64,000 nt of DNA from Vicugna vicugna. Its lineage: Eukaryota. The stretch spans positions 3,445,576 through 3,509,575 of the forward strand of contig MU057887.1 in the NCBI GenBank assembly GCA_013265495.1, in the 5' to 3' direction. Of this stretch, positions 1 through 11,301 are shown one piece after another. Numbering within the stretch: the first letter of the stretch is position 1; each line of letters starts with the position of its first letter. The position numbers and the translations under genes are program-made. A model generated the notes under the pieces. It worked only from the letters and a program-made list of their open reading frames with translations, was not told where the DNA came from and ran no database searches.

Positions 1-1000
1 TCAGTCCAAATGGGTGATTTTCTAGGAAAACGTCAGCTACCAAAACCATGCCAGGAGCTGTCCGCGGAAGAAACAGGAAAAGTACAAAGGCCCCTGAAAC
101 CGGGCATCCCGACGGGCTCCCAGGGGGACGGCGCTCGAAGGCCAGCGGGGCTTCTGCAGACGCCAAGGGAGAGGGAAAACTGCCCTCCTGGCAGGGCGAG
201 CGTCGCCTGGCACGACGCAGGGAACCGCCCTGACACGTGTCGGGGCAAACACCGTCAAAAAGAGCGCACAGAGGACGCGGCAGCACGGGGCCGGCCGGCC
301 TGGCTCGGTGCAGGAAACGTCCCGACAAAGTCCATCAGGCCGGGGCTCAACATCGCTAAGCCTTCGGGGAAACGCAAATCAAAACCACGAGGTACCAGCT
401 CACACCCGTCAGAAGGGCGTCGTCAAAAAGACCACAGACAGAAAGCGCTGGAGAGGGTGTGGAGGAAAGCCAGCCCGCGTACACCGCAGGCGGGGATGCA
501 GACTGGGGCAGCCGGGGGACGCAGCGTGGAGGTGCCCTAAAAACGGAAAACAGAGCTACCATGTGACGCAGCAGCCCCCCTCCTGGGCACACGTGCAGAG
601 AAACCACCATTTAAAAAGACGCCTGCCGCCCAGCGTTCACAGCAGCACTCATTACGGCTGTCAAGACATGGAAGCAGCCTAAGACCCCATCGGGAGACGT
701 GGATAAAGACGGGGGGGTACACACGCGGTGGAATACTACTCAGCCATGAAAAAGAACGGACTTTTGCCATTTGCAGTAACAGGGATGGACTTGGAGGGTG
801 TCATGCTAAGCGAAATGAGTCAGAGAGAAAGACAAATACTGAACGTATCACTTACACCTGGAACCTGAAAAAACACAACAAGCTGGTGAATATAACAAAA
901 AGGAAGCAAACACAAGTACAGAGAACAAACCAGTGGGGACCGTGGGGAGGGGCATGTGGGGGGGCGGAGGCACAAGCTATTGGGTGTACAACACGGGAAA
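1..1000 (+). mobile_element. L1 LINE fragment (ORF2 remnant, ORF2 C-terminus and 3' UTR), strongly GC-shifted in its first ~700 bp
   Basis: Contains L1 3' motifs 'ggaatactactcagccatgaaaaagaacgg...ttgccatttgcagtaacagggatggacttggagggtgtcatgctaagcgaaatgagtcagagagaaagacaaatactg' (730-840). Positions 380-660 are collinear with the in-window L1 at 42350-42650. Confidence 0.9.
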
Positions 1001-3729
1001 TACAGCCGATATTTTGGACTAACTGGAAATGGAGTGAAATCTTTAAAACCGTATTTCAAAAATTTTACTGTTTTAATTCTTCGGTTCGGTAGGTATAAGG
1101 AGAAAACATCAGGTCACCATCTCTGTGCACGTTCCTGACTCAGACCCGTGCCCTCCCGGCTGTGGGCGGGCAGGTGGGCGCCGCCTGCCGGGATTCGCCC
1201 CAGGCCCTGCAGTCAGGACCGCGTGCCGCTGTCTCACCACAAGTCAGCGCCTCCGCGCTGGAGGCCAGACCCTATCCAGCCGTCCGAGGGGAAGAACCAG
1301 AGGACAAGGACTGGGACGAAGGAGGTAAATTATGACCAGGTGCGATGTATGCTGGTGTCACTGTGTTCCTGGAAAACCCACGAGCACCCAGAGAGCAAAT
1401 CCACCACAAAGAAGATAACCAAGTGTGGGGCGGGATGTAAAACTGCGGCATGAGAGTACAAGTCGCAGGTTAGGAGGCGCGTGGGAGACAGCCACCCGCT
1501 TTGCAGCAGGTACAGAAGGGTAGGCCGCCCCAGAACTAAGGAGACGGAGAGGGGCATGCGGACCCCGCGGGGGAGCTCCATGCAGCCCTCCTGAGGGACG
1601 TGCAGCCACGCGCAAACGCGGAAAGACCACGTCCGGCCCTGGACTCTGGGCAGAGCTCCAGACGTGGGCCTGGGGCCTGAGCCGAGTCTGCGGAAGCTCA
1701 GAGCCCGGCTCCGCCCGCCCGGGGAGCCCGCGGCCGGCATGGAAGTGATGCTCGCCCGCGGGCGGAGGAAGGGCAGAGGGCGGGGCCCGCCGGCTCGCAC
1801 CCGCGGCCCTGCGCGGGGCCACGCCAGGTTCCAAAGAGGCTCTAGACACGCCACGCGCTTGAGGCCCCTCTTCTCGGGGTGTTTATGAAGCCTAAACAAA
1901 CAGCCAGATAATGAGAAGAAACGTATTCTCTGTACGGGGGCTCTTTGTCTTCCACATGCTGCCAACATCTGTTTCGTATTTATTCAACCTCCAATAAAAC
2001 AAGTAATTCATCCAGGTTTCTTTTAAAAAAAAAAAAAGTAAAACGCGGAGAAATGGAAATGACCTCATTTCGATCCCAGCAGCAAGAGAAGACAGGGAGA
2101 CACGCACCGTGGCATCCGCCCCCCCTCAGCTGCCCCAGCCTCGGATGCTGGGGTCACCCTCACGAGCGCGGCCCAGCCCCAAGGGGCCCTCTGGTCAGTC
2201 CCGAGGCCTCTCCCAGTGCCCACTTCCTCGGGCAGCCCTGCTCGCTCAGGCACGCACACCGAGAGCCAGCCAGGGCCTGGCCCTGAGTGTTGCGTCCAGT
2301 GGTACCGGACGGCCCGCCATGCCAGGAATGGCCCCTGACCGGTTGACGGCCAAGGCCATTTTCCAGGCCAGGAACTTGGGGCAGCAAAAGAAGGTCCTCT
2401 CCAGGCTCTGCCCCTACCAAGCAAGGAGAGCCTCAGGGGACCCCCGGCTCGCGTGGTCTGAAAGGGGCTTGATGCCCCAGGTTTGGCCCCCAGCACACCT
2501 GGAGTAGGGTGAGGGTCCTGCCCACAACCTTCGACCATGGGGTCAGCCCCCTCGGTGGGGGAACAGGCTTCCCCGACGTGTGCTCCGGCCTGTAGACACT
2601 CAAGGGCACATCCTCCAGTGCAGGGCCTGCCACTCCCACGCTCTGGACTCGGCGACATTTCCCTCAGAGCCCTCCCTGCAGCAGGGAGGATGGCCTCCCT
2701 GTCCCCAGAAACCTCCCGCCCCCGTCAGCTCAGGGGGTGAGGCAGCCTGTCTGGACCACGGGCTCCTGCCCCAGGTACAGCCAGAGACGGCCCGCCCCAG
2801 GGAGAGCTGCCCACGACAGTCACTTGTCACCCCCACCACCTTCCGCAGGCAGGGACTAATTAAGATGCACGTGGTTCACTGGGCGTCACTGGAAAGGGGG
2901 CTGTGATCTATTAATTTATCGTCTCTGCTTCCATCAGGCACCATTCTCCTGCTCCCACAGGTAATCAGAAAGGAGATTTCTGGCAAAGGACGGCCTTGAC
3001 CCTGCAAGACGGTGTTTCCCAGGTGAACACCCTAATGGAGCAGTCAGAACTGAAAACCACAAATACCCATCCACTAAACTGAATGAAAATGGAAATGTCC
3101 TTCCAAGGCATCGTTACCTGCTTGTTGAGGTAAAGCCAGTGCTTTACATCCATTAACCTTTCCAGCCATGGCCTCCCGTCCAGTGTGATGGGCGGGCAGC
3201 TGCCCAGACGTCAGATGGTTTGACCCTTACTCGGCTAGAAGCGTGGGGCTGTGGGCGCTAAGCGGCTGCAGCTCCAGGATAGAACTGATCCCTGAAGGAG
3301 GGTCTTTGCAGCTGTCTCGTTAACGTGATGGGAAATGGACTGCAGGCTCTTGGCTCAGGGCAAATTAAACAAAACCCCAGGCAAAGAGTCGTTTCCTTAC
3401 AAGCTGCTTTAAAGCAGAATCGGCTCCTCTCTGCCAGGAGGAAGCCTGGTCCCCAGAGACCCGCAGGCATTCCGCAGGATCCAGAGGGGAAATCCGTAAG
3501 CTTGCTGTGCAAGGCAACTTCTGGGAATCGTGCGGTGGACTTTTATGTCTTCACTTTAAAGTCGTGGGTATGAACCTGAAAAAAATATTTAAATAGTTAA
3601 GAATACTCTGAAAAAGATTAGTGGGAAAAGACTTGCCCGGCCAAAATCAAACGTACTGTCGGGACTCCTCGAAATAACGAGAGCGCGGTAAAGGGGATGC
3701 GTGGCCATTCTCACAGGTGACAGTCATCG

Positions 3730-5300
3730 ACACCGGGTAAAGCCACCCAGAACCTATTTAAAGACACTGGAAAGCTCCCCAAAGCAGAGTTATAGGAAGA
3801 TCAGTCTTGAAAAAACGGTATCTGGAAGGAGTTAGAACCAGGATGGTGTCTTCCGGGACCACGCGGTGCCTGCGGGAAGCGGTGGAGGGAAGACACAGCC
3901 TTCCTGATTGAAAGTCCCAGGGAGCAGTGTTCAGGGCCATCAAGGAGCTGGAAACGTGCAGGGAAGCCCTGGCGGTGGGGGAAGGAGCGAAACCCAAATT
4001 CTGAGTATAAACCGCCCAAATCTGTGGCTGGTGGCGGTACCGCAGGCCTGCAGGGAAGGCTCCGGGGGCCTGCGGACCAGCAGGCAGAGGTCAGAGAGAC
4101 ACCTGCTCTTGGGAGACCGGCCACCAAGTGCATCCCCGGCTGTGAGGTCCTGAGCAGCAGAAAGTTGAATGCTGCGGGCATGAAGCACCAGCCCCACAGC
4201 TGCACCGCTCCAATGAGGGGAGATCTCGAGAAATAAGGAGGCCGAGGGAAGGCCCATCCCTGCCCAAACCCTAGGCTGGCCACCAAATTATAAAGGTGTG
4301 GGAGACCCTCCAGGGACCAGACTGAAAACAGCCATCATGGGAAGCCATGAAAACAGAGCCGAGACATAAAGCCAGGGAAGCAAGATGTACGGTGTCCGTT
4401 CAGAAAAGCCTGCTGAGTCGAGAAGGAAAAATCACCCCCAGAAGAACACAGAGAAATCCTGAGTCACCGAAGTGCATCACCTACAACGTCCAGTTTTTAG
4501 CCTATTGTTAGATGGACAAACAGGATATTTGGACCCACCATCAGGAAAAAAGGCAATCAATATAAATTGACTCCACGTGGACCCAAGTTTGGATTTAGCA
4601 GGAAAAGACATCAAAGTCTCTGATATAAATGTGTTCAAAAGATAAAGGTACATTTAAAGACTAAAAATAATGTGTATAAAGAAGTATAAGAAAATATTGT
4701 ATCAATGAGTAAACAGATGGGAACTCTCCATAGACAAGTGGACACTGTAGAAGACGGAAATTCTAAAACAGGTAATTGCAGCAACTGAAAGATAAATTTA
4801 CTCGGTAGTCTTGACGTCCATTTGGAGGTGGCCAAAGGAAGAACTGGAAACTTGAGGATAAAACAAAAAAATTGCCAGACCCAAAATGCTGAGAGTGAAA
4901 AGGATCGAGGGAAAGTGAACAGAACCTCAAGCAACATCCAGTGGCTTCACGTGCACGCGCCCAGAAGGTCAGGACACACATGGCCCCACGTGCACGCGCC
5001 TGGGAGGTCAGGATGAGGGAGGAAGGAAAACACCGACATTCGCCGAACACACGTAATGGCAAGACACATTGTGGGAAACGTTAACTCACAGGTGCCAGGA
5101 GTTCAAACCGCCCCAGCCCAGATGGGCAAGGTCACAGCCAGTCCCAGACGCAGCTCAGGCCACGAAGGCCTGAAAGTCCATGATATAAAGACAGTCTTGA
5201 CAGGAACCAGACGAAACCACGTGACAAACAGCAGAACAGGGGAAAAAACTAATGGGATCCTCGCTGGGAGTGAAGGGAGCCCAGAACTGGGAAAGCACTG
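3730..5300 (+). mobile_element. Old L1M 5' UTR plus degenerate ORF1 region
   Basis: 'atttaaagacactggaaagctcccc' resembles old L1M 5' ends. The A-rich stretch 4550-5250 resembles the ORF1 coiled coil (e.g. 'gaagaactggaaacttgaggataaaacaaaaaattgccagacc'). No intact ORF. Confidence 0.7.
4942..5013. repeat. Local tandem duplication, period 39 bp, 2 copies
   Basis: tggcttcacgtgcacgcgcccagaaggtcagga (4942-4974) vs tggccccacgtgcacgcgcctgggaggtcagga (4981-5013). Confidence 0.9.
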
Positions 5301-5753
5301 AGTAAGTCACCAGGGAGCTGAATTCCTCACAGATGTAAACATACGTCAGTGTAAAACAGTAGCGCTTTTTTCAGTCTGTTCTTCGCAACCAAGGAGGCTT
5401 TGTCCCGGGGATAGGAGTGGAGCCACATCAGATCTGCTGGCACAATTTACCACATCCGTGGATGGAAAGAGAGGGTCTGAGCCAGCCTCTCAACAGATTT
5501 TCAAGGGCATAAACAGCGTCCCCCGTTACTCAGGAAGCTCTCCTAGATTTCCCGGGTAGCCAGCAGCATCTGGCAGCGTCGGCTGAAAGCGCAGCCACAG
5601 CCCAGGCACTTTGTTCCCAGACTGACAGATGCCCCGAGCTCTGCCGGGCAGCGTGTCGTCCTGGACCAGCAGAAAGACCACTTGGGGAAAGGCAGCGTCT
5701 CCGGCCCCGCCCAGACCTGCTGCAGCAGAAGCTGCGTTGTAACAGGACCCTCA

Positions 5754-5759
<6 letters not shown>

Positions 5760-5791
<32 letters not shown>

Positions 5792-5806
5792 GAGAGAGAG
5801 AGAGAG
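5760..5806. repeat. Compound microsatellite (TG)n-(AG)n
   Basis: Read directly from the sequence. Confidence 0.97.
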
Positions 5807-7609
5807 ACGGGGACGGGCCCGGCCCTGCAGGTGAGCGCCACGACACTTATTCCTGTCTCGTCTGTAATCAAGAAACACTGAAAGCACCTTGACGGTCAAG
5901 GCACAAAAAATGAATGCCAGGCGTTCATTTCTGGGATGAGAACCTGCAGCTCAGTGGGTGAACCGAGCCCGTGCGAGCGAAGGAAAACCGTTCTGGAAAA
6001 CACAGGAGGGCAAGTTGTGGCTGCATTTTATACAAATCGAAATAACGTGCCCACAAGGAAGACACACCGTCATGGCGGCACACGTGGCGTGGACGGAACC
6101 CAGAGTCGCGGTCCTGGACGCCCCAGGGGGGCCCAGGGCTGGGAGGGGAGCTCCATCCGTGGCACATGTCTCCTGGGAGGAGGCGGAATGGAGACATCAG
6201 GCGAAGGTGCCCCTGCCTCTGTGCACCTGCTTCTCTGAGGTTCAATGTCTCACACTAGCAATTGGACCAGGCACGTTAGAACGGAAGTGACAGGGGGTCA
6301 CTGTGTTCTGAACCTTGGCCCAAGCTCCGTAATACGGAATCCGAGGAGATAAAAGCCCGTCTTCTAGGAAAGCAGTTTTCCAAGACAGCTCGCCTCGGCC
6401 TTCACATCTCAGAAGCACAGCCCTTCAGACCAGCAGAAGACACCGTACGTAGAAATGCTGACGCGTGGAAAGCACGAAAATAACCTGAATGTCCAATAAC
6501 ACGGCAGTTTTGAGGAGCCTCTGGAACACGTCTGCCGAGGGATGACACGCTCCCAGCCGAGGCGGGGATCACGAGAAGTGCGTGGAGGTCGGCAAACGGG
6601 CAAGAAAGCTGTGGAGAGCGAGCGCGGCCCGCCCCGGCCCGGCCCGGCCCAGCCCGGCGGCAGCGGCCAGGGGCACCGGGCTGAGCTGTGCGGGATGGGA
6701 CCCCATGACAGCCGCGGGGCTCCCAGCCCAGCAGACCCTCACGGCACCCCCACCCCCACGCCGTTGACCCGCTCCCTCAGACCCTCCCTCAGCTGGGAGG
6801 ACAGGTCCAGGGTCCCCATGTTTGATGACAGACGTGTGGCATTTCAGGACGGAAACAGACCACTCCGGGAGGGCACGCCGGGCTCCACCATCCGTCCACC
6901 TGCCCAGCGCTGATTAAGCACATGCTGTGCGCCCGGCTGCACCCAGGAGCCACCCGGGAAGAGAGTGAAGAAAAGAGACGCGACGCGCCCTCCGGGCTGA
7001 CCTTTGGGGCACAGGGAGAGCAAAGAAGGCGCCCGGAGGTGGGACGTCGGCAGCCGGGGAGAGGACAGAGCCGGCAGGGGCGTCGGGAGCGGGTGGGGGG
7101 CAGCAGAGGGGGCTCCCGGCAGCGCGTCCCCGACCGAGGCCCCAGGACCCGGAGGAGAACGGTATCCTCCAGGCCGGTGGCCGCGTCAGCACCGCGCCTC
7201 AGATCCCGTGTACGTTTCAGTTATTAGTCCTGCCCATCAGTTAAAATTAAAACCTTAGCCTGCCTGCGGTTCGCCGCTGTTTCATTATTAAAACCCACTG
7301 GCGTTTCATAATTTCTCGGCAAAACAAAAGGGAGAGAGATGACTAAAACCTTCCAGAGATGCTGAACAGAGGTCTTTTTCAGGACAGAGACAAGCAGAGC
7401 TGCAGCACGCCGCCTTGCGTAAGCGAACGCCGCTTGCGGGGGCAAATACGTGGCGGAAACCAAACGGGGTGGGGGACACACGCTAAACGCATCCCACCTA
7501 ACTCGCGTGCGAGTTGTCGCTGGTTCCTTCGTTTTGCTGAAAAGCTCTTCGCATTTTTCAAGCTGTCGGAAGAAAGCTCAAATAAAGGGAAATGAGAATG
7601 AAACTGGAA

Positions 7610-8190
7610 ATAAAATAAGAGGTGGGAGGTGGGCTGGCCATTCTTCCAAGAGTCACACAAAAAACTGCGTATGACCAGCAATCCCACGCCCGGGTGTCCG
7701 CCAGGAGACCTGAGACAGAGACTCAGACACACTCGGACACAACGCTCACAGCAGCAGAGCCGCGGCAGCCAAGAGGAGGCCACAGCCCGGCGCCCCCAGC
7801 TGATGGTGGGCGCACAGAGGTGGCCCGTCCTCTGCACGGAGCACGGCCCAGCCTCAGCAGGGAACGAAGCTCTGACACTGGCCACAACACGGCGAACCCT
7901 GAAGGCATCACGCTCAGTGAAGGACACCAGCCCAAAAGGGCAAAGACCGTGCGGATCCACAGACGGGAAGTGTCAGAACAGCAAACCCGTGGAGACAGGG
8001 GGCAGGGTGGTGGCTGCCGCGGGCCGGGGGAGGGGAGGGTGGGCGGTGGTTGCTGATGGGGGTCCCCTCTTGGGGGGGGAAGTGTTTCAGAGCTGGATGG
8101 AGGTGGTGGCCCCACAACACTGTGGATGCACTAAATGCCCCTGAACTGCTCACCCTAAAATGATTATGTCACATGAATCTCACCTCAGTG
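7610..8190 (+). mobile_element. Old L1 (L1MB/MC-like) 3' end, GC-shifted
   Basis: 'atgaccagcaatcccacgcccggg', 'aaccctgaaggcatcacgctcagtgaaggacaccagcccaaaagg', and terminal 'ggatgcactaaatgcccctgaactgctcaccctaaaatgattatgtcacatgaatctcacctcagt'. Confidence 0.85.
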
Positions 8191-11100
8191 AAGTCAGACA
8201 AAATGAGGAAGCTAGAGGGATGACCCCTGGGGCTGAAAGAGCTGTGTGCAAACTAAGGAGCAGCCCCAGGTCGGGTGCGGGGGGCCGGCGCCCCCAGGTT
8301 GGGTGCGGGTAAGGCACCACCCTGCAAGGCCTGGCCCCGGGAACATTTCCTGCACCGGGAGCATGACTGGACGATGTCTGTTTTCAGCTTTTGGAGTCAG
8401 TGACAGACAAAGCGGGAAGGCCAGCTGTGGCCCCACGTCCATGTCAGCAGACGTCACGGTGAGAGCAGTGGGGAGGTGGGAGGAGGCGCAGGCCCTCTCT
8501 GCCCCTAGAGGAGACCCCGAGACAAGCAAGAAGAAGGAGACCAGGAGGAGATGAGGAGAGGGCTGAGTGTGGACCTGAGTCTGGGGGCTGGGTGGTCACT
8601 CTGCAGGCGCGGGACCCTGGGGGGCTGCGTCCCGAGGTGAGCGCTGGCCAGAGGAGGCTGCAGGTGAGGAAGGAGCCTGTGCCACACTCGGGTGTGGCAG
8701 GTGTGCAAGGCTGCTTCAACAGAGAGAACCTGGCATATCTGAGAATGTTCCACCTGAAATACCCAAAGCGAAGTAACAAAGCGCTGGTCACTGCCTCCCA
8801 CCTGCCACCTGCCACCTGCCTCCCACCTGGACAGGGACCCAGGTGCCCCGGCCCCCTGTCCCCTCACTGGTCTGATATGAGCCTCCCCATCTGCAGACCC
8901 GACCTTGTCACCCCCCACCCAAGGGCCAGCCCTGCCCACCACCCCCAGGCGCCCTGGTTCCCTCCCCTAGACTGGGGCAGGAGCTCTGCCTGTTAGACAC
9001 GGCGCCCCGCTCCAAACAGATGCCCTGGCCCCAGCGTGGGGTCTCCTCTTCCTAGCTTCCCTCAGAGACCCCCATGGGCAGAGCCTGCGGCCTCCCCCAT
9101 CCATCGGACCCACTCCCTGTGCCCCAGGCTCGGAGCCGAGGCCACAGCCACCCCGAGGAGCCAGCTGAGCGGGTTCTGGGCTCGCTCAGTCTCTTGTGAC
9201 GATAAACATCCATTCACAGAAGCTGGGCGGGCGGGTGAACACTGGACCCCTTCCCTGACTCCCTCCGCCACCCCTCCCCCTGTAAACCCGTTCTGTGCAG
9301 GGATTTCTCATTTGATGCCTGAGAATTTGGTGGAGGTAAGGGCTAATCTCCTATGAGTCCTCCTCGTAGGAGAGAACTTGGTTTATGGTGACAAGAATTT
9401 GCCCGTTGTCCCAAATCATCTGTCCTCTGTCTTGAGCAGAAGCAGCCGATCCCCAGCGGAGCGGCCCCTCCGTCTCCTGGCTGCAGAGAGAGTCCCTTTC
9501 AGACCCCCGGTCGTGGGATCCTGGACTCCAGGTTTGTCACTGGAAGCAGGCTCGGCCCCGTGCCCACCGACAGCATTAAGGTGTTCTGGACGGATCAGAT
9601 CATTTTGGGTTGCAAGCTGTGCCCGGCCAGGCACCTGAGAGCTGTCACGTCTGATTAGACTGTGGTGCATTGAGCTAGACTGTTAGCGCGAGGCCGCGAG
9701 CGTAGGGGGATGGGGAGGCGGCGATCCAGAAAGGACGGGGCTGGCCCATGGCTGCCTCTCCCACCACCTCTGCTGGCGTGACTGCTCTGTTGACACCAGC
9801 CAACAAGAGGGGGAAGACCCAAAACGATGGCATCGGCATAGACGGCGGGACCGGAGCCCGCCACGCCCTCCTCTGAGGGTCTACGCTCTTTCCCCAACGA
9901 GACAATGGAAGTGCGAGGGCGGGAGCTCTGACCTCCTGCCTCCCGACTCTGGCAGCCGGGCAGCACAGAGGGCCTGGAGCCGGAGGCCACCTGCCTCCGC
10001 TCGGATGGGCAGAGCCCACCTGCGTGAGGGGCCCGGGAGGGTCTTCTCACCCCGAGCGTCCCCCCGGCTTGCCCGCCGGCTGCTGCCTTCAGGGAGGTCA
10101 GAGAGGAGTGAGCTCACCCCACGGTGCGCCCGCCGTCGGGGCCAGCCCAGACGGACTGAGCCCGGGGCCCCCAGCACGCCATCAGGGCCTGTGTCGGGGC
10201 CCCAGCAGGAGCCCCCAGAGCGAGAGGGTGGGGGAGCAGCCCAGAGAGAGAACTGGGGCTCGAGTTACCCCAAACGCGGAGCCCGGGCCCCGGAGAAAGA
10301 GTGCATCGTGGGGCCGGGAGGCAGCCGGCAGGCAGTGGGGCAGGTTAGGGCTCACGGAGCAGCCCCCAGGCGCTCCCACCGCCCTGCACCACCGCCCGGC
10401 GTGGCACCCGGCTCACCGCGTGCGACCTGTAACCTAACTGAGCGCGTCTGATCAAGTCAGAGGCGTGTCGGATGGGCGGCCCCTCCTTCACAGCCCCTGG
10501 AGTGGACTGTGCCCCACCCCGGCCGCGGCCCCTGGTCAGCGACCACAAGGAGCTGGGGTCGGGCTGCCGGGCATAACCAGACCGCACCTCCCGCTTCCCG
10601 GCCCACACCCCCCCCCGGAAGTGGACACTTCAGGCAAAGCCATCGCGACTGTGCATCCAGACCGGCTCGGCCCCACCCCGCCCCCGCCCCGGGCTGCTGA
10701 GGGGATTGCCCAAAAGGGGTCCGCGGTTAGACAAGTGTGGGGAACACAGGCCGCAAGGTGACATGGGACCCTCAGTGTAGACATAACGTGTGTTCCCCAA
10801 GAGGGCTGGAGCGGGCAGCTAGGCCTTCTGACGGGCAAGCTCTCCTGACGGATTTGGGAACATGGACCTCACTTAGAACACGCACGTCCGAAGCGGCTCA
10901 GCTGGCGGAGGAGGAGCGGGGCCAGACCACAGCTCGAGGAAGGAGGGGCGTCCAGGCACGGGCCAAACCCAGTCCAGTCCAGACGCTGAAAGGTGGAGCA
11001 GGTGCTCCCCCCTAGTGGGCAATCTCCCTCCAACTCTCTTCCAACAGAACAAGCCCCGCGGAGCTGGTCTGATGGAGGAGAGGCAGGAAGGGTGGGCGCA

Positions 11101-11223
11101 GGCCCCTCGGGCCCAGAGCGCGGGGAGGGGGCTACCTTCCCCAGCCGGCCTGTCTTGTGGTGCTCGCCTTTCTGACAAGGTCCAGCCAAGAACAGGTGCA
11201 AACACACACAGTGCCCTTCAATG

Positions 11224-11254
<31 letters not shown>

Positions 11255-11301
11255 ACACATACAGACACACACACACACGCGCGCGCGCGCGCGCGCGCGC
11301 G
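11224..11301. repeat. (CA)n microsatellite ending in a perfect (CG)12 run
   Basis: (CG)12 at 11278-11301, preceded by (CA)n. Confidence 0.97.

Noticed and set aside
2942..3030. Acceptor-like 'ttctcctgctcccacag|G' with a downstream 'CAG|gtgaac' as a coding exon
   Set aside because: Such motifs are frequent by chance, the donor is weak and there is no recognisable peptide or linked exon.
9347..9375. Hairpin tctcctatgag-tcctc-ctcgtaggaga as a structured RNA or miRNA
   Set aside because: The stem is only ~11 bp, too short for a pre-miRNA, and such stems are expected by chance in 64 kb.
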